Of a stretch of DNA of 64,000 nt, positions 38,077 to 48,055 are shown in pieces. Source of the DNA: an uncultured bacterium (GTDB taxonomy: Bacteria > Chloroflexota > UBA5177 > JANWHV01). The number at the start of each line of letters is the position of its first letter. Position 1 is the stretch's first letter. Where the stretch lies: the NCBI GenBank assembly GCA_963827235.1, contig CAWHAE010000016.1, positions 704,001 to 768,000 on the forward strand, in the 5' to 3' direction. The translations under genes were made by a program, and so were the position numbers. The notes beneath the pieces are model-generated. The model ran no database searches. It saw only the letters and a list, made by a program, of their open reading frames with translations, and had not been told where the DNA came from.

Positions 38077-38967
38077 ATGGGAACACAGGCACAGACCGCA
38101 TCAATCACTACCATCGATCCACGCACGACCGTCGGCGACGTGTCGCTAACCGTGGCGGACCTGGACCGCAGCATCGATTTCTACGCTGCCGCCTTCGGAC
38201 TGACGCCGAATGGACGAGACGGCAAATCGTCATGGCTGGGCACGCCGGGCGTCTCACTTCTTCATCTCGTGGAGGAACGCCATGCCCGGCCATGGCCCGG
38301 CCACTTCACCGGTCTCTTTCATTTCGCCGTTCTGGTTCCCACTCGCGCCGACCTCGGCCGGTGGCTCAGGCACTGGCTGGAGACCGGTCATCCGCTGCCG
38401 GGTCAGGGAGACCACCTGGTCAGCGAAGCGCTGTACCTCTCGGACCCGGATGGGAACGGAATCGAGATCTACCGCGATCGACCGCGAAGCGAATGGGCCT
38501 GGGATAGCGGCCGGGTGCGCATGGCTACGGACCCGGTCGACCTGGAAGGCGTGATCGCCTCCGGGGACGCCTCCGGCCAGGCGTGGCACGGTCTGCCGGA
38601 CGACACCCGTATCGGCCACATCCACCTTCAGGTCGGCGACATCGCGCGGGCAGCCGGTTTCTATCACGACGTGCTGGGCTTCGACATCGTCGCCAGCATG
38701 CCGAGCGCGTTGTTCGTCTCGGCAGGCGGCTATCACCACCACATTGGCCTGAACACGTGGCAGAGCCGCGGAGCTGCCGCCGCCCCCGATGGGTATGCCG
38801 GCCTTAGACACTTCACCATCCAGCTTGCCGACCATGAGGCGCGTGCCGCGGTCGTAGACCGCATCAGGTCCGCGGGCTGCGACACGGCGGACGAAGCTGG
38901 GGACGTGGTCGTCGAAGACCCCTGGAAGAACGTGATCCGCCTCCGCGTCGGCACAGACCGCGTCTAG
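38077..38967 (+). CDS. VOC-family protein, CatE-like catechol 2,3-dioxygenase/glyoxalase
   Basis: GLFHFAVL, GDHLVSEALYLSDPDGNGIEIYRDRP, IGHIHLQV, GGYHHHIGLNTW. Confidence 0.88.
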   Translation: MGTQAQTASITTIDPRTTVGDVSLTVADLDRSIDFYAAAFGLTPNGRDGKSSWLGTPGVSLLHLVEERHARPWPGHFTGLFHFAVLVPTRADLGRWLRHWLETGHPLPGQGDHLVSEALYLSDPDGNGIEIYRDRPRSEWAWDSGRVRMATDPVDLEGVIASGDASGQAWHGLPDDTRIGHIHLQVGDIARAAGFYHDVLGFDIVASMPSALFVSAGGYHHHIGLNTWQSRGAAAAPDGYAGLRHFTIQLADHEARAAVVDRIRSAGCDTADEAGDVVVEDPWKNVIRLRVGTDRV

Positions 38968-39119
38968 CCGGGCCCGCCGCCGAGAGCACGGTCTATCGGT
39001 CTGCCATCCCTGGCGTGAGGGGCGCATTGCCTGCATCCGCTGCCGCGAACGCGGTCCAAGGCGATGCGCCCTTATGTGCCGATGCGCGCTGCAACCGCAC
39101 CGGACACGTGCTGTTCCGG

Positions 39120-40163
39120 TCAGGTCGCGCTCGACCTTGCCCAGAGGTTGATGTCGCCTTCAGACGCGTAGCGATCGATCCCGGCCAGTTCGTCGGCAGT
39201 GAACTGCAGCTTCTCGAGCGCGCCCAGGCAGTCTTCGAGCTGGCCGATGCTGCTGACCCCGATCAGAGTGGAGGTAACGCGCGGATCGCGCAAGGTCCAG
39301 GCCAGCGCCATCTGAGCCAGCGTCTGCCCCCGTTTCTTGGCTAGGTCGTTCAGGGCTCGAATGCGGAGCAGGTTGTCGGCCGTCAACAGCTTGGGCGAGA
39401 GGCTGCCGTTCTGACTGGCACGCGAGCCTTCGGGAACGCCGTTCAGGTACTTGTCGCTCAGCATGCCCTGCGCAAGCGGCGAGAAGACGATGCACCCCGC
39501 TCCCTCGTCGGCCAGGGCCTCGAGCAGGCCTCCCTCGATCCAGCGGTTGAGCATGGAGTACGAGGGCTGGTGGATCAGCAGTGGCGTCCCCATGCGGCGC
39601 AGGATAGAGGCTGCCTCGCGAGTCTTGGCGGCGGAATACGAGGAGATGCCGGCATAGAGCGCTTTGCCCGCTCGCACCGCACTGTCCAGCGCGCCCATCG
39701 TCTCTTCCAGGGCGGTATTCGGATCGAATCGATGCGAGTAGAAGATGTCGACGTATTCCAACCCCATGCGCTTGAGCGACTGGTCCAGGCTCGCCAGCAG
39801 GTACTTGCGCGATCCCCATTCACCGTAAGGACCCGGCCACATGTCGTAGCCGGCCTTGGTGGAGATGACCAGCTCGTCACGGTATGGCTTGAAGTCCGAG
39901 GCGAAGATGTGGCCGAAGTTCGTCTCAGCCGAGCCGTAGGGCGGCCCGTAGTTGTTGGCCAGATCGAAATGGGTGACTCCCAGATCGAAGGCGCGGCGCA
40001 GGATAGCGCGCTGTGTCTCCAGGGGTCGACCATCGCCGAAGTTCTGCCAGAGACCCAGCGACACCGCCGGCAGCAGCAGCCCGCTGCGACCGCTGCGGCG
40101 GTAGATTATCTTGCCATATCGATCGGACGCTGCTTCGTAAGCCACCTGGCCCTCCTTGTCCAT
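39120..40163 (-). CDS. mgrA: L-glyceraldehyde-3-phosphate reductase (YghZ/Gpr-type aldo-keto reductase)
   Basis: SLGLWQNFG, FDLANNYGPPYGSAE, KAGYDMWPGPYGEWGSRKYL, INLWARSS. Confidence 0.92.
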   Translation of the reverse strand: MDKEGQVAYEAASDRYGKIIYRRSGRSGLLLPAVSLGLWQNFGDGRPLETQRAILRRAFDLGVTHFDLANNYGPPYGSAETNFGHIFASDFKPYRDELVISTKAGYDMWPGPYGEWGSRKYLLASLDQSLKRMGLEYVDIFYSHRFDPNTALEETMGALDSAVRAGKALYAGISSYSAAKTREAASILRRMGTPLLIHQPSYSMLNRWIEGGLLEALADEGAGCIVFSPLAQGMLSDKYLNGVPEGSRASQNGSLSPKLLTADNLLRIRALNDLAKKRGQTLAQMALAWTLRDPRVTSTLIGVSSIGQLEDCLGALEKLQFTADELAGIDRYASEGDINLWARSSAT

Positions 40164-40319
40164 CGCTGCCCGTTCGCCGGGCCGACTATCCAGTGCTTAG
40201 CTTACCGCCTGCTATCCCAGTCATGTGGCGCACCCTGCCGCGAGCGCAGCCGCGGACGGGGATCCACGATTGCCGACCACCGATCTCGGTGTCGCCGTCA
40301 TAGCTAGGGTCGTCAGCAT

Positions 40320-40529
40320 GTGCCGCGAGAGGATCGCCCAACAGCTATCAGCACACAGCAGATCGCGCCCGCGTCCGAGCGCTTCACCTTCGCCCGAATC
40401 AGGTGCAGCTGCCTGGACTGCCACTACTATCACCTTCGCCCACGTATGCACGGCTACAACGTCTGCGCCGGTCGGAAGGTGTTCCTTGCCATCCGCTTGC
40501 CAGATGATTGGGAAGGAGCAGAAGCTTGA
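40320..40529 (+). CDS. Possible small Cys/His-rich protein
   Basis: 69 aa with CSCLDCHYYH..C; weak RBS. Confidence 0.25.
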   Translation: MPREDRPTAISTQQIAPASERFTFARIRCSCLDCHYYHLRPRMHGYNVCAGRKVFLAIRLPDDWEGAEA

Positions 40530-40796
40530 CTAGCGCATTCCGGCAGGCGGGGCGGCACTCCCCTGAAGTCAGGTTCGCCCGGCCGGCCCTTTGCGCACGC
40601 GGCTCAACCCATGCCGGCACGCAAGCGCCTTCGTCGCGTCCGTGCTCGCGGTAACCTGGAAACAACCGAAGCTCACGCTCCCAGCGAACGCACTCGCATC
40701 GCTACTGCCACACCCGACCCGCTGCGGCGGGATTCCGGAGCGCAATCAACAGCGGTTGGCAGGCCGGCAGCAGGTCGCCAGGCATGCGCGGAGCGC

Positions 40797-41576
40797 CTAT
40801 GTAGAGTGAGGCAGGCGGCCGGCGCCGTCTGCGGGCCGCGCCACCGCACGCCGGAGAAGCGACTTCGTGGCGTCCGGCGTGAACGCCTCGAGACCCACGC
40901 GCACGCCGCCTCGGCCGGGCACGGCGTAGCGGATCTTCACGTCCGATCGGCTGAGCCCATTCTGCCGCAGCACCTCGACTTCGGCGACGCCGGCCTCGCC
41001 AAGCAACGTGCAGACGCCGTCCACGGCGGCCGCCTCCGCGGCCACCACGACGCAGAGTCCGCCCTCGCTGACGTCGAGGACCTCGGCCCGCCACATACGC
41101 TCGCCGACATAAAGCCGGGCTGGGGCCACGACCGGCATGCGTTCGCTCGAACGCACGACCATCTCGCGCGGCGAGTCCGGCGACGCTGCGCCCTCGCGCA
41201 GAGCGCACAGAACCTCGTCTCGCAAGGCCACGGCTTGCCTTCGAGCGCGCCAGCTCTCGAGCACTCCGTTGAGGCGAGATGGCTTGGCGGCAAACTGGCC
41301 CGTTACCCAGACGGCCGATCCCTGCGGATCGGCCTCTTCCCCGGCATGAGCGGTCAGGCTGAGACGGAACACGGCCAGCGGTCCATCGTGGAGCTCGACC
41401 AGCACGGCCTGGCCGTCGCCATGCCGGCGCGCGGTCCATCGGTGTCCGCCGCCCCCACTGGAAGACCAGCGCAGCAGCGTGAACACGATAGCCTCCACGT
41501 CGAGCGCGATCGGCAGCATCATGGGTGCCAGCTCCTCAAGATGCTGGACGGTTTCCCCGGCAGCTCGCATACCCAT
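40797..41576 (-). CDS. PilZ-domain protein
   Basis: RSSER (RxxxR) and DVSEGG (DxSxxG) c-di-GMP motifs in the C-terminal ~100 aa. Confidence 0.75.
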   Translation of the reverse strand: MGMRAAGETVQHLEELAPMMLPIALDVEAIVFTLLRWSSSGGGGHRWTARRHGDGQAVLVELHDGPLAVFRLSLTAHAGEEADPQGSAVWVTGQFAAKPSRLNGVLESWRARRQAVALRDEVLCALREGAASPDSPREMVVRSSERMPVVAPARLYVGERMWRAEVLDVSEGGLCVVVAAEAAAVDGVCTLLGEAGVAEVEVLRQNGLSRSDVKIRYAVPGRGGVRVGLEAFTPDATKSLLRRAVARPADGAGRLPHST

Positions 41577-41749
41577 GTAGATCCGCCGCTCCCACCAGAC
41601 GCTATTGATCCCCTATTCGCTGCAAGTATGCGACATTCGGGGGAGAAACGGTATGGGAAGATCGCCGCATGCGTTCCTGCCCACCTGAGGAGATTCCTGC
41701 TCCGTCCGCGGCCCGGCCAGCTGGGCCAAGGCGGCAGATGACCACGATC

Positions 41750-42718
41750 TCAGGAGCCGCCGGTGGCCAAGAATCGTACCATGCTCGGATCGAGCACGAT
41801 ATCGGCATCTGCCAGCGACCGGCGCAAGTGCTCCCTCGTCAGCGGGCCGACAATTGGGATGCTCGTGTGCGGTTGGCAGGAGATGTAGGCAAGCACGATC
41901 GCTTCGAGCGAGGTGCCGAAGTCCGCTGCCAGCCGTTGAGCGCGGGCCAGGCGACGCATGTTCTCGTCGCTCTCGAAATCGCGACGCACCGAGGCCTTCA
42001 GCGATTCCGGTCCGCCCGCGGCCACCTTGGAGAAGAACCCGCGCGCCTGGCTGGTGAAAGCCAGCACGCCCATGCCGGCCTGGGCATAATAGGCAGCAGC
42101 GACGTCGTCCATGACGGCGACGTCGGCGGGAAAAGCACCGGAATTCGGCACGGCAAGGCTCCAGAATAGCTGGCTGGCGCTAAACGGCTGCAAGCCGTGA
42201 GCGGCCGCATAGGCATTCGCCTCGGCGATACGCTCAGGCTGCCAGTTCGAGCAGCCGAAGTAGCGGATTCTGCCGCTCCGCACGTGTTCGTTGAGCGCCT
42301 CGACAACTGCCTGGACCGGCTGCCGCGGGTCATCCCGGTGCAGGAAATAGAGGTCGATCGGCGCGACACCCAGACACTCGATGCTCTCCGCTAGGTCGGC
42401 CGCGATCTCCGGCGGGGTCAGCCGCGGCGTGTCCATGCTGTCCAGGAATGGATGGCCACCTTTGGTTGCCACGATTACTCTGTCCCGGCAGCCGCTCGCC
42501 CGAAGCCATTGGCCGATCATCCGCTCGCTCCGGTGCTGCTCGCCGGGCATCCAGTCGCCGTAGACGTGGGCGCTATCCAGGAACGTGCCGCCGGCGGCTA
42601 TGAAGGCGTCCAGTAGAGCGAACGAGTCGTCGCGGCCGACGCCTGCACCGAGCTCTCCGGTACCGAGGCAAATGTGAGAGACCCGCAGATCGGTTCCCGG
42701 CAGTTCAACAGTGCGCAT
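41750..42718 (-). CDS. Aldo/keto reductase
   Basis: FLDSAHVYG, ATKGGHP, IDLYFLHRDD, GRIRYFGCSNW; AAGGAG RBS before ATG 42718. Confidence 0.92.
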   Translation of the reverse strand: MRTVELPGTDLRVSHICLGTGELGAGVGRDDSFALLDAFIAAGGTFLDSAHVYGDWMPGEQHRSERMIGQWLRASGCRDRVIVATKGGHPFLDSMDTPRLTPPEIAADLAESIECLGVAPIDLYFLHRDDPRQPVQAVVEALNEHVRSGRIRYFGCSNWQPERIAEANAYAAAHGLQPFSASQLFWSLAVPNSGAFPADVAVMDDVAAAYYAQAGMGVLAFTSQARGFFSKVAAGGPESLKASVRRDFESDENMRRLARAQRLAADFGTSLEAIVLAYISCQPHTSIPIVGPLTREHLRRSLADADIVLDPSMVRFLATGGS

Positions 42719-42955
42719 GGCCAACTCCTTCTGCTGTGAGCGCCACCAAGCCGAGGCTTCCGGCTCGGCCGACGGGGCAACTGAGGTTGTAGCAGAAGAC
42801 TGAACGACATGCCAGGTGGCACCGCCATCGCGGGAAAACGCAGGAGCCGTGAGGCTTGCGCCGTCAGCGAATGCGGTGAACGGGAGGGCCGACCGAGCCA
42901 GCTCGGCGCAGGGACATCGGCAACAGAACCGTGCGCGCAGGCTTCCTGAGACCGT

Positions 42956-43472
42956 GATGTATTTCGTCCGTTTCTGCACCGGACTGCCCATCCTGGCGCT
43001 TATCTTTACCCTGTATGCCATGTACGTTCAGCTCGGACTGGTCGACTCCACCCCGGGCGTTATATTCTTCATGGTGGCCGCGGCACTGCCGTTCAACACC
43101 TGGATCATGAAGAACAACTACGACTGGGTATCGATAGATCTGGAAGAGGCAGACTGGATCGACGGTTGCTCGACGTTGGGCTCGTTCCTTCGTATACTGC
43201 TGCCTCTCTGCGACCCGAGTATCGGCGTGGTCGGTATCCTGATTTTCGTGAACGCCTACACGAACTTCTTCGTACCCTTCATCATCTACACGTCTGCCAG
43301 CAAGTGCCCCGCCTCCGTGCAGCTTTTCAGCTTCTTCCGCAGTTACGGCCCGGTGAACTACGGCCAGATCGCCGCGTTCAGCATGCTGCGCGCCCTGCCC
43401 GCCATCGTGTTCTACGCGGTCACCTCTCGCTTCCTCGCCAAAGGCATCGATAGTAGCGGAGTGAAAGGATGA
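42956..43472 (+). pseudogene. 3' half of a carbohydrate ABC transporter permease (MalG-like)
   Basis: LPFNTWIMKN..LEEADWIDGCS (altered EAA loop), NYGQIAAFS..LP, GVKG end; N-terminal helices and partner ABC genes absent. Confidence 0.75.
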
Positions 43473-44488
43473 GCCCGTTCGTCGCTCTGTGGATCGGCGG
43501 TAGCCTGCTGGCCGGGTCGTTTGCCGGCCAGACCGTAATTTCCCCGGCCGTGTGCCACACCACAGTGGAGCGGTCAATCGCCCTCGCCGGGCGCGTGGAT
43601 AGCCTCGTGGCTGCGGAGCGCGGCACGGCGGTGTGGGCGCTGCTCGGAGCCCCCAGCTCACAGGTCCGGTTCCTGCCCCACGACTCCCTCGCCGTGCTGC
43701 TTGGGCAATCGGCGAAAGCCGGAGCGCTGCAGTTGCCCGCCTACATCGATGCGCCCGGTGTTGCCGCCAGCCCGGACGGTAGGTACTTGTACGCGCTGAT
43801 CGACTCGAGCCTGCTTACCATCGACAGCTCGAGCGCCACCGTGGCAGCCCGTCAGGACCTGCGTCTGCAGGCAATCGGCTGGCCGGCCGCTTTGACCGTC
43901 GGACCGAATGGTGACCTCTACCTGATCGGCCAACCGGCCGGCGCCATGGCGGCCCAAGCCTACGCCTTTCGCCCCGACTCGCAGCTCGCAGTGCGCCTGC
44001 TGTGGCGCACGCCGCTTGGACTTACGCATGCTGGAGCATGGCTGGGTCTCGCCGGGAACGGAAAGCTGGCGGTGTACTCTCCGGATCAGTCGGACGCGCG
44101 GGGAGTGGTAGGCCTGTTCGACACAGCCACCGGCATACTGCGCCGGAGCTACGCCCTGTCGATCGCGCCGGTAACGGCCAGTGCCGCCCTCAACAGGCTC
44201 TATACAGCCGGCGCAGGCGTCATCAGAGCGCTTGCGCTGGACTCCGGTGTGCCGATCGCCTTGGCAAGCGGCGACGGTCCACTCGCTGTCGGCGACCAGG
44301 GACTCGTCGCGTTCACGAGCGACGGCAAGCTGGTGCTGGCGCGGGGCGGCGACCTCAGACGCGTGCTGGCTCTTCCGTTTCCGGGAAGTGTCGCGCCCAC
44401 CGCTCTGGCCTTGCGCGGATCGACGCTCTTGGTGGGAAACCGCTTCGGCATCACACAAATACAGCTTGACAGCTGTCATCCTGCGTGA
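43469..44488 (+). CDS. Exported beta-propeller-like (YncE/WD40-like) protein
   Basis: Hydrophobic N-terminus, ASPDGRYLYA and TVGPNGDLY blades; ATGA overlap with the permease remnant. Confidence 0.6.
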   Translation: MSPFVALWIGGSLLAGSFAGQTVISPAVCHTTVERSIALAGRVDSLVAAERGTAVWALLGAPSSQVRFLPHDSLAVLLGQSAKAGALQLPAYIDAPGVAASPDGRYLYALIDSSLLTIDSSSATVAARQDLRLQAIGWPAALTVGPNGDLYLIGQPAGAMAAQAYAFRPDSQLAVRLLWRTPLGLTHAGAWLGLAGNGKLAVYSPDQSDARGVVGLFDTATGILRRSYALSIAPVTASAALNRLYTAGAGVIRALALDSGVPIALASGDGPLAVGDQGLVAFTSDGKLVLARGGDLRRVLALPFPGSVAPTALALRGSTLLVGNRFGITQIQLDSCHPA

Positions 44489-44651
44489 GGTCGCGCCGCC
44501 GTGACGTAACAGCGCTGCCGAACTCCAGAGAGGCCGGCAGGTGAGGGATAGTGCCGTCTCTGGTGCGCCTCGGACGTGCCTGGGTTTCCCGCGACCCATT
44601 GCACCGTTTGTGCGCGGGCGTGTTTGTGATTAGTCAGGGAAGGTGAGAACG

Positions 44652-47045
44652 ATGGCTGCCCGACTGTACATGATAGGGAATGCCCACATCGATCCCGTGT
44701 GGCTGTGGCGGTGGCAAGAGGGGTGTGCCGAGGCCATCGGTACCTGTTGGGCAGCCGTCGACCTGCTAGACGAAGAGCCCGGCGTGGTGTTCACGCGGGG
44801 CGAGGCAGTGATCTATCGCTGGATCGAAGAGCTCGACCCGCTGCTTTTCGAGCGCATCCGCGAGCTCGTGCGCGAGGGACGCTGGGCGATCGTCAACGGC
44901 TGGTGGCTGCAGCCCGATTGCAACCTGCCCGACGGCGAAGCGTTCCTCCGCCAGGCGTTATACGGAAAACGGTACTTCCGCGATCGCTTTGGAGTGGACG
45001 TGCAGGTCGGCTACAACGTAGATTCGTTCGGACATGCCGCGACGCTGCCCATGCTCCTGCGCCACTCCGGGTTCAGCTACTACGTGTTCATGCGGCCCAT
45101 GCAGCACGAGCACGCCCTGCCCGCCAGTCTCTTCACCTGGGTCGCCCCGGACGGTTCCGGCGTCGAGGCGTTCCGCATACCATTTTCCTACAACACTCCC
45201 GGCTCCACGGAAGCCATGGCGGAAAGACTGGAACGCCTGCAAGCCAAGGCCGATCAGGAGGGCTCGCCGCTCATGGGCTTCTACGGTATCGGCAATCATG
45301 GCGGTGGCCCGACCATGAAGGATATCGGCGCGATAGCACGCGCCCGGGCTGAGGGACTCGACGTCGAGTACGCCGACCCGCTGCGCTATTTCGAGACGGT
45401 TGCCGCGCAGCCACGTCCCGAGATTCGCGACGAGCTGCAGATCCATGCCATCGGCTGCTACTCGGCTGTCTCCTCGCTGAAGGCACTGAACCGACAGGCG
45501 GAGGCCGCCCTGGCTCAGGCAGAGGCGGCAGCCTCCCTGGCGACGCTGCATGCGGGTGCTGCCTATCCACGAGCGAGTCTGCTTCGGCTCTGGGAGATTC
45601 TGCTGTTCAATCAGTTCCACGACATCCTCTGCGGCTCGAGCGTGCCGAGCGGCTGTCGCGATGCCGAGCAGGCGTTCGGCAGCGTGATCCAGGGCGCCGA
45701 GGCGATCCTGAACGCGGCCACTCGCCGCCTGGCAGCCACCGTGGCGCCCGGCCCCGATCCCACGGATGCCGCGTTCCTGGTGTTCAATTTCACCGGCGCC
45801 GAGCGTAGTACCGCCGCGGAGTACGAGCCCTGGACGACCTGGGAATCGTCCCACTATCAGCTGCTGGACGACACCGGCACGCGGGTTGCCCACCAGGAGC
45901 TCCACGCGGAGAACTTCACGCACGCGGGCCAGCACCGCATTCTCTTCGTACCCACGTTGCCGGCGTTCGGCTACCGCCTCTACCGCTTTGCCAAGGTCGC
46001 GGCTGAGCAGGGAGTATCGTCGAGCCTTCACGTGGATACCTCATCTCTGGAAAGCGCGGCCTGGCGCCTCGAGATTGACGAGCGGACGGGCAGCATCGCC
46101 GCGCTGACGGACAAGCGCAACGGGCGGTCAGTGTTCTCCGGCGCCGCACACCTGCCGCTGATCGTGGCAGACCGATCGGACACTTGGAGTCACGACCTCG
46201 ATCGCTTCGGCCTAGAGGGTGCCGGCTTCACGCGCGAGCATACCGAGATACTCGAGCACGGGCCCATGCGCGCCGCCATCCGCGTGCGCGCCCGCTGCGA
46301 CGACTCGACGATCACCAGCACCTACTTGCTCTACGACGACCCGGGACAGCCACTGGAGATCCGCGTCGACGTCGACTGGCACGGCCAATACCAGCTCCTC
46401 CGGCTGGGCTATCCGCTGGCTCTGTCCTCGCCGGCCTTCCGCTACGAGGTGCCGTACGGCTCGATCGAGCGCCCGGATGACGGGAGCGAGAAGCCCGGAC
46501 AGCGCTGGGTGCTGGTCACCGGGGGCGACGGCTACGCTCTCAGCATTGCCAACGACGCCAAGTACTCGTATGCCGCTAAGGATGGCACGTTGTATATCAC
46601 TGCGCTTCGCTCGCCGGTCTACGCGCATCACAGGCCGGTGCAGCTGGACCCGGATGCCGAATATCCGTTCACTGACCAGGGCAAGCAGCACTTCGTGATC
46701 CGGCTGCTGGCCGGCCCGAACCTGGATACCTCGCGTGCACGTCGTTTGGCCGACGAGCTGATGCGTCCTCCGGTGGCGACGCCTCACGTATCGCGGACGG
46801 GCTCGCGCCCGTACAGGGCGAGCCTGCTCGAGGTGAAGACAGACAGCGGCAGCGTGACCTGGCTCAAAATGGCAGAGGACGCCGACGACCTTGTCCTGCG
46901 TATCCTCGAGCACGAGGGCAGGACCGGCACCGTCGAGCTGCCCGGCGAAGTGGATCGGCACACTGTGCGGCCATACGGCTTGCTCACACTGCGCAGGGAC
47001 GGTCGGGGTCGCTGGGTCGAGACCAACGGCATGGAGGAGGCCTGA
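44652..47045 (+). CDS. Alpha-mannosidase (GH38)
   Basis: GNAHIDPVWLWRW, YNVDSFGH, GNHGGGPT, NQFHDILCGS. Confidence 0.93.
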   Translation: MAARLYMIGNAHIDPVWLWRWQEGCAEAIGTCWAAVDLLDEEPGVVFTRGEAVIYRWIEELDPLLFERIRELVREGRWAIVNGWWLQPDCNLPDGEAFLRQALYGKRYFRDRFGVDVQVGYNVDSFGHAATLPMLLRHSGFSYYVFMRPMQHEHALPASLFTWVAPDGSGVEAFRIPFSYNTPGSTEAMAERLERLQAKADQEGSPLMGFYGIGNHGGGPTMKDIGAIARARAEGLDVEYADPLRYFETVAAQPRPEIRDELQIHAIGCYSAVSSLKALNRQAEAALAQAEAAASLATLHAGAAYPRASLLRLWEILLFNQFHDILCGSSVPSGCRDAEQAFGSVIQGAEAILNAATRRLAATVAPGPDPTDAAFLVFNFTGAERSTAAEYEPWTTWESSHYQLLDDTGTRVAHQELHAENFTHAGQHRILFVPTLPAFGYRLYRFAKVAAEQGVSSSLHVDTSSLESAAWRLEIDERTGSIAALTDKRNGRSVFSGAAHLPLIVADRSDTWSHDLDRFGLEGAGFTREHTEILEHGPMRAAIRVRARCDDSTITSTYLLYDDPGQPLEIRVDVDWHGQYQLLRLGYPLALSSPAFRYEVPYGSIERPDDGSEKPGQRWVLVTGGDGYALSIANDAKYSYAAKDGTLYITALRSPVYAHHRPVQLDPDAEYPFTDQGKQHFVIRLLAGPNLDTSRARRLADELMRPPVATPHVSRTGSRPYRASLLEVKTDSGSVTWLKMAEDADDLVLRILEHEGRTGTVELPGEVDRHTVRPYGLLTLRRDGRGRWVETNGMEEA

Positions 47046-47276
47046 CGGCACTTGCCCGGGCTTGGGCAGGCCGGCGACGCTCGGCGTTGGCTGTCGCCGG
47101 CCCGCCCGGGTCTGTGCTCACCGTCGGCGAATACGCGGCGCTTGGGCGGCAGGCCCCGGTCAATGCGCGGCTGATCCCAGGCGGCCACAACTTGCAGAGG
47201 GCAACGCTGGACCGAGCTATCGCAAGCCTGAGATCGAATCGCCCGATGTGCGGCGAGGTCACGCCGCCGGCCTATA

Positions 47277-47753
47277 TCACGGCTCGCTAGCCTCCTGCAC
47301 GCTTGCCGCCTCGGCCTGCAGCCGCTTGCCCAGCTCAGTGAACTGGGCCTCCTGATCCGTTTCGATCGGCCGGTCCGGCAGGGCAACGTGGCGCAGCAGG
47401 CGCAGGATCTCGAGCTGTTGCTGATTGATCTGGAACAGGAAGTCTACTTCGCGTGCCTCCAGATCGTCGCGCAGATGGTCCTTCTGCGCCTGCCGGTTCT
47501 GGCTCATCATGATAATGGGCGCGGCGTATGCCGCCTGCGTCGAGAAAAGCAGGTTGAGCAGGATGAACGGGTAGGCGTCCCAGTGGTTGATGAAGCCGAC
47601 CAGATTCAGCGCTATCCAGCCCCCGACAAAGAAGCTTTGGATGATGATGAAGGGCCACGAACCCATGCTGTTGGCGATGCGGTCCGCCGCTCGCTGGCCA
47701 AACGTGCCCGGTGCATGTATGTGCTCACGCGAGTGTGATCGATGCGCCGCCAT
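47277..47753 (-). CDS. DUF1003-domain membrane protein
   Basis: TFGQRAAD..GSWPF..DAYPFILLNLLFSTQAAYAAPIIMMSQNRQ. Confidence 0.9.
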   Translation of the reverse strand: MAAHRSHSREHIHAPGTFGQRAADRIANSMGSWPFIIIQSFFVGGWIALNLVGFINHWDAYPFILLNLLFSTQAAYAAPIIMMSQNRQAQKDHLRDDLEAREVDFLFQINQQQLEILRLLRHVALPDRPIETDQEAQFTELGKRLQAEAASVQEASEP

Positions 47754-48055
47754 CTACGCCTCCACTTCAGGTCGCACAGGCATCCTTCAACGGCGTGCTG
47801 CTGCACACTGCCTAGCGTAGCACGTCCGGCGCCGGACACCGGTCCGCGCCGCCGTTCCCTGGCAGTGCCGCGCGGAGCTGGGGCGTCTCCCAGGAATCCG
47901 GCACGCACACATGCTCACCGGCCGGCGATGCTCCCGGCACCATGCCGGGATGCCCTCACGCCGAGGCCTCGGGCCAAGTCGCCTCAGCACGCCTGGCGAC
48001 GCCGCAAGGTGCCACGGTCCGGTGAGCGCGGTCCCGCTGCGACAGGCCGCGCCAC

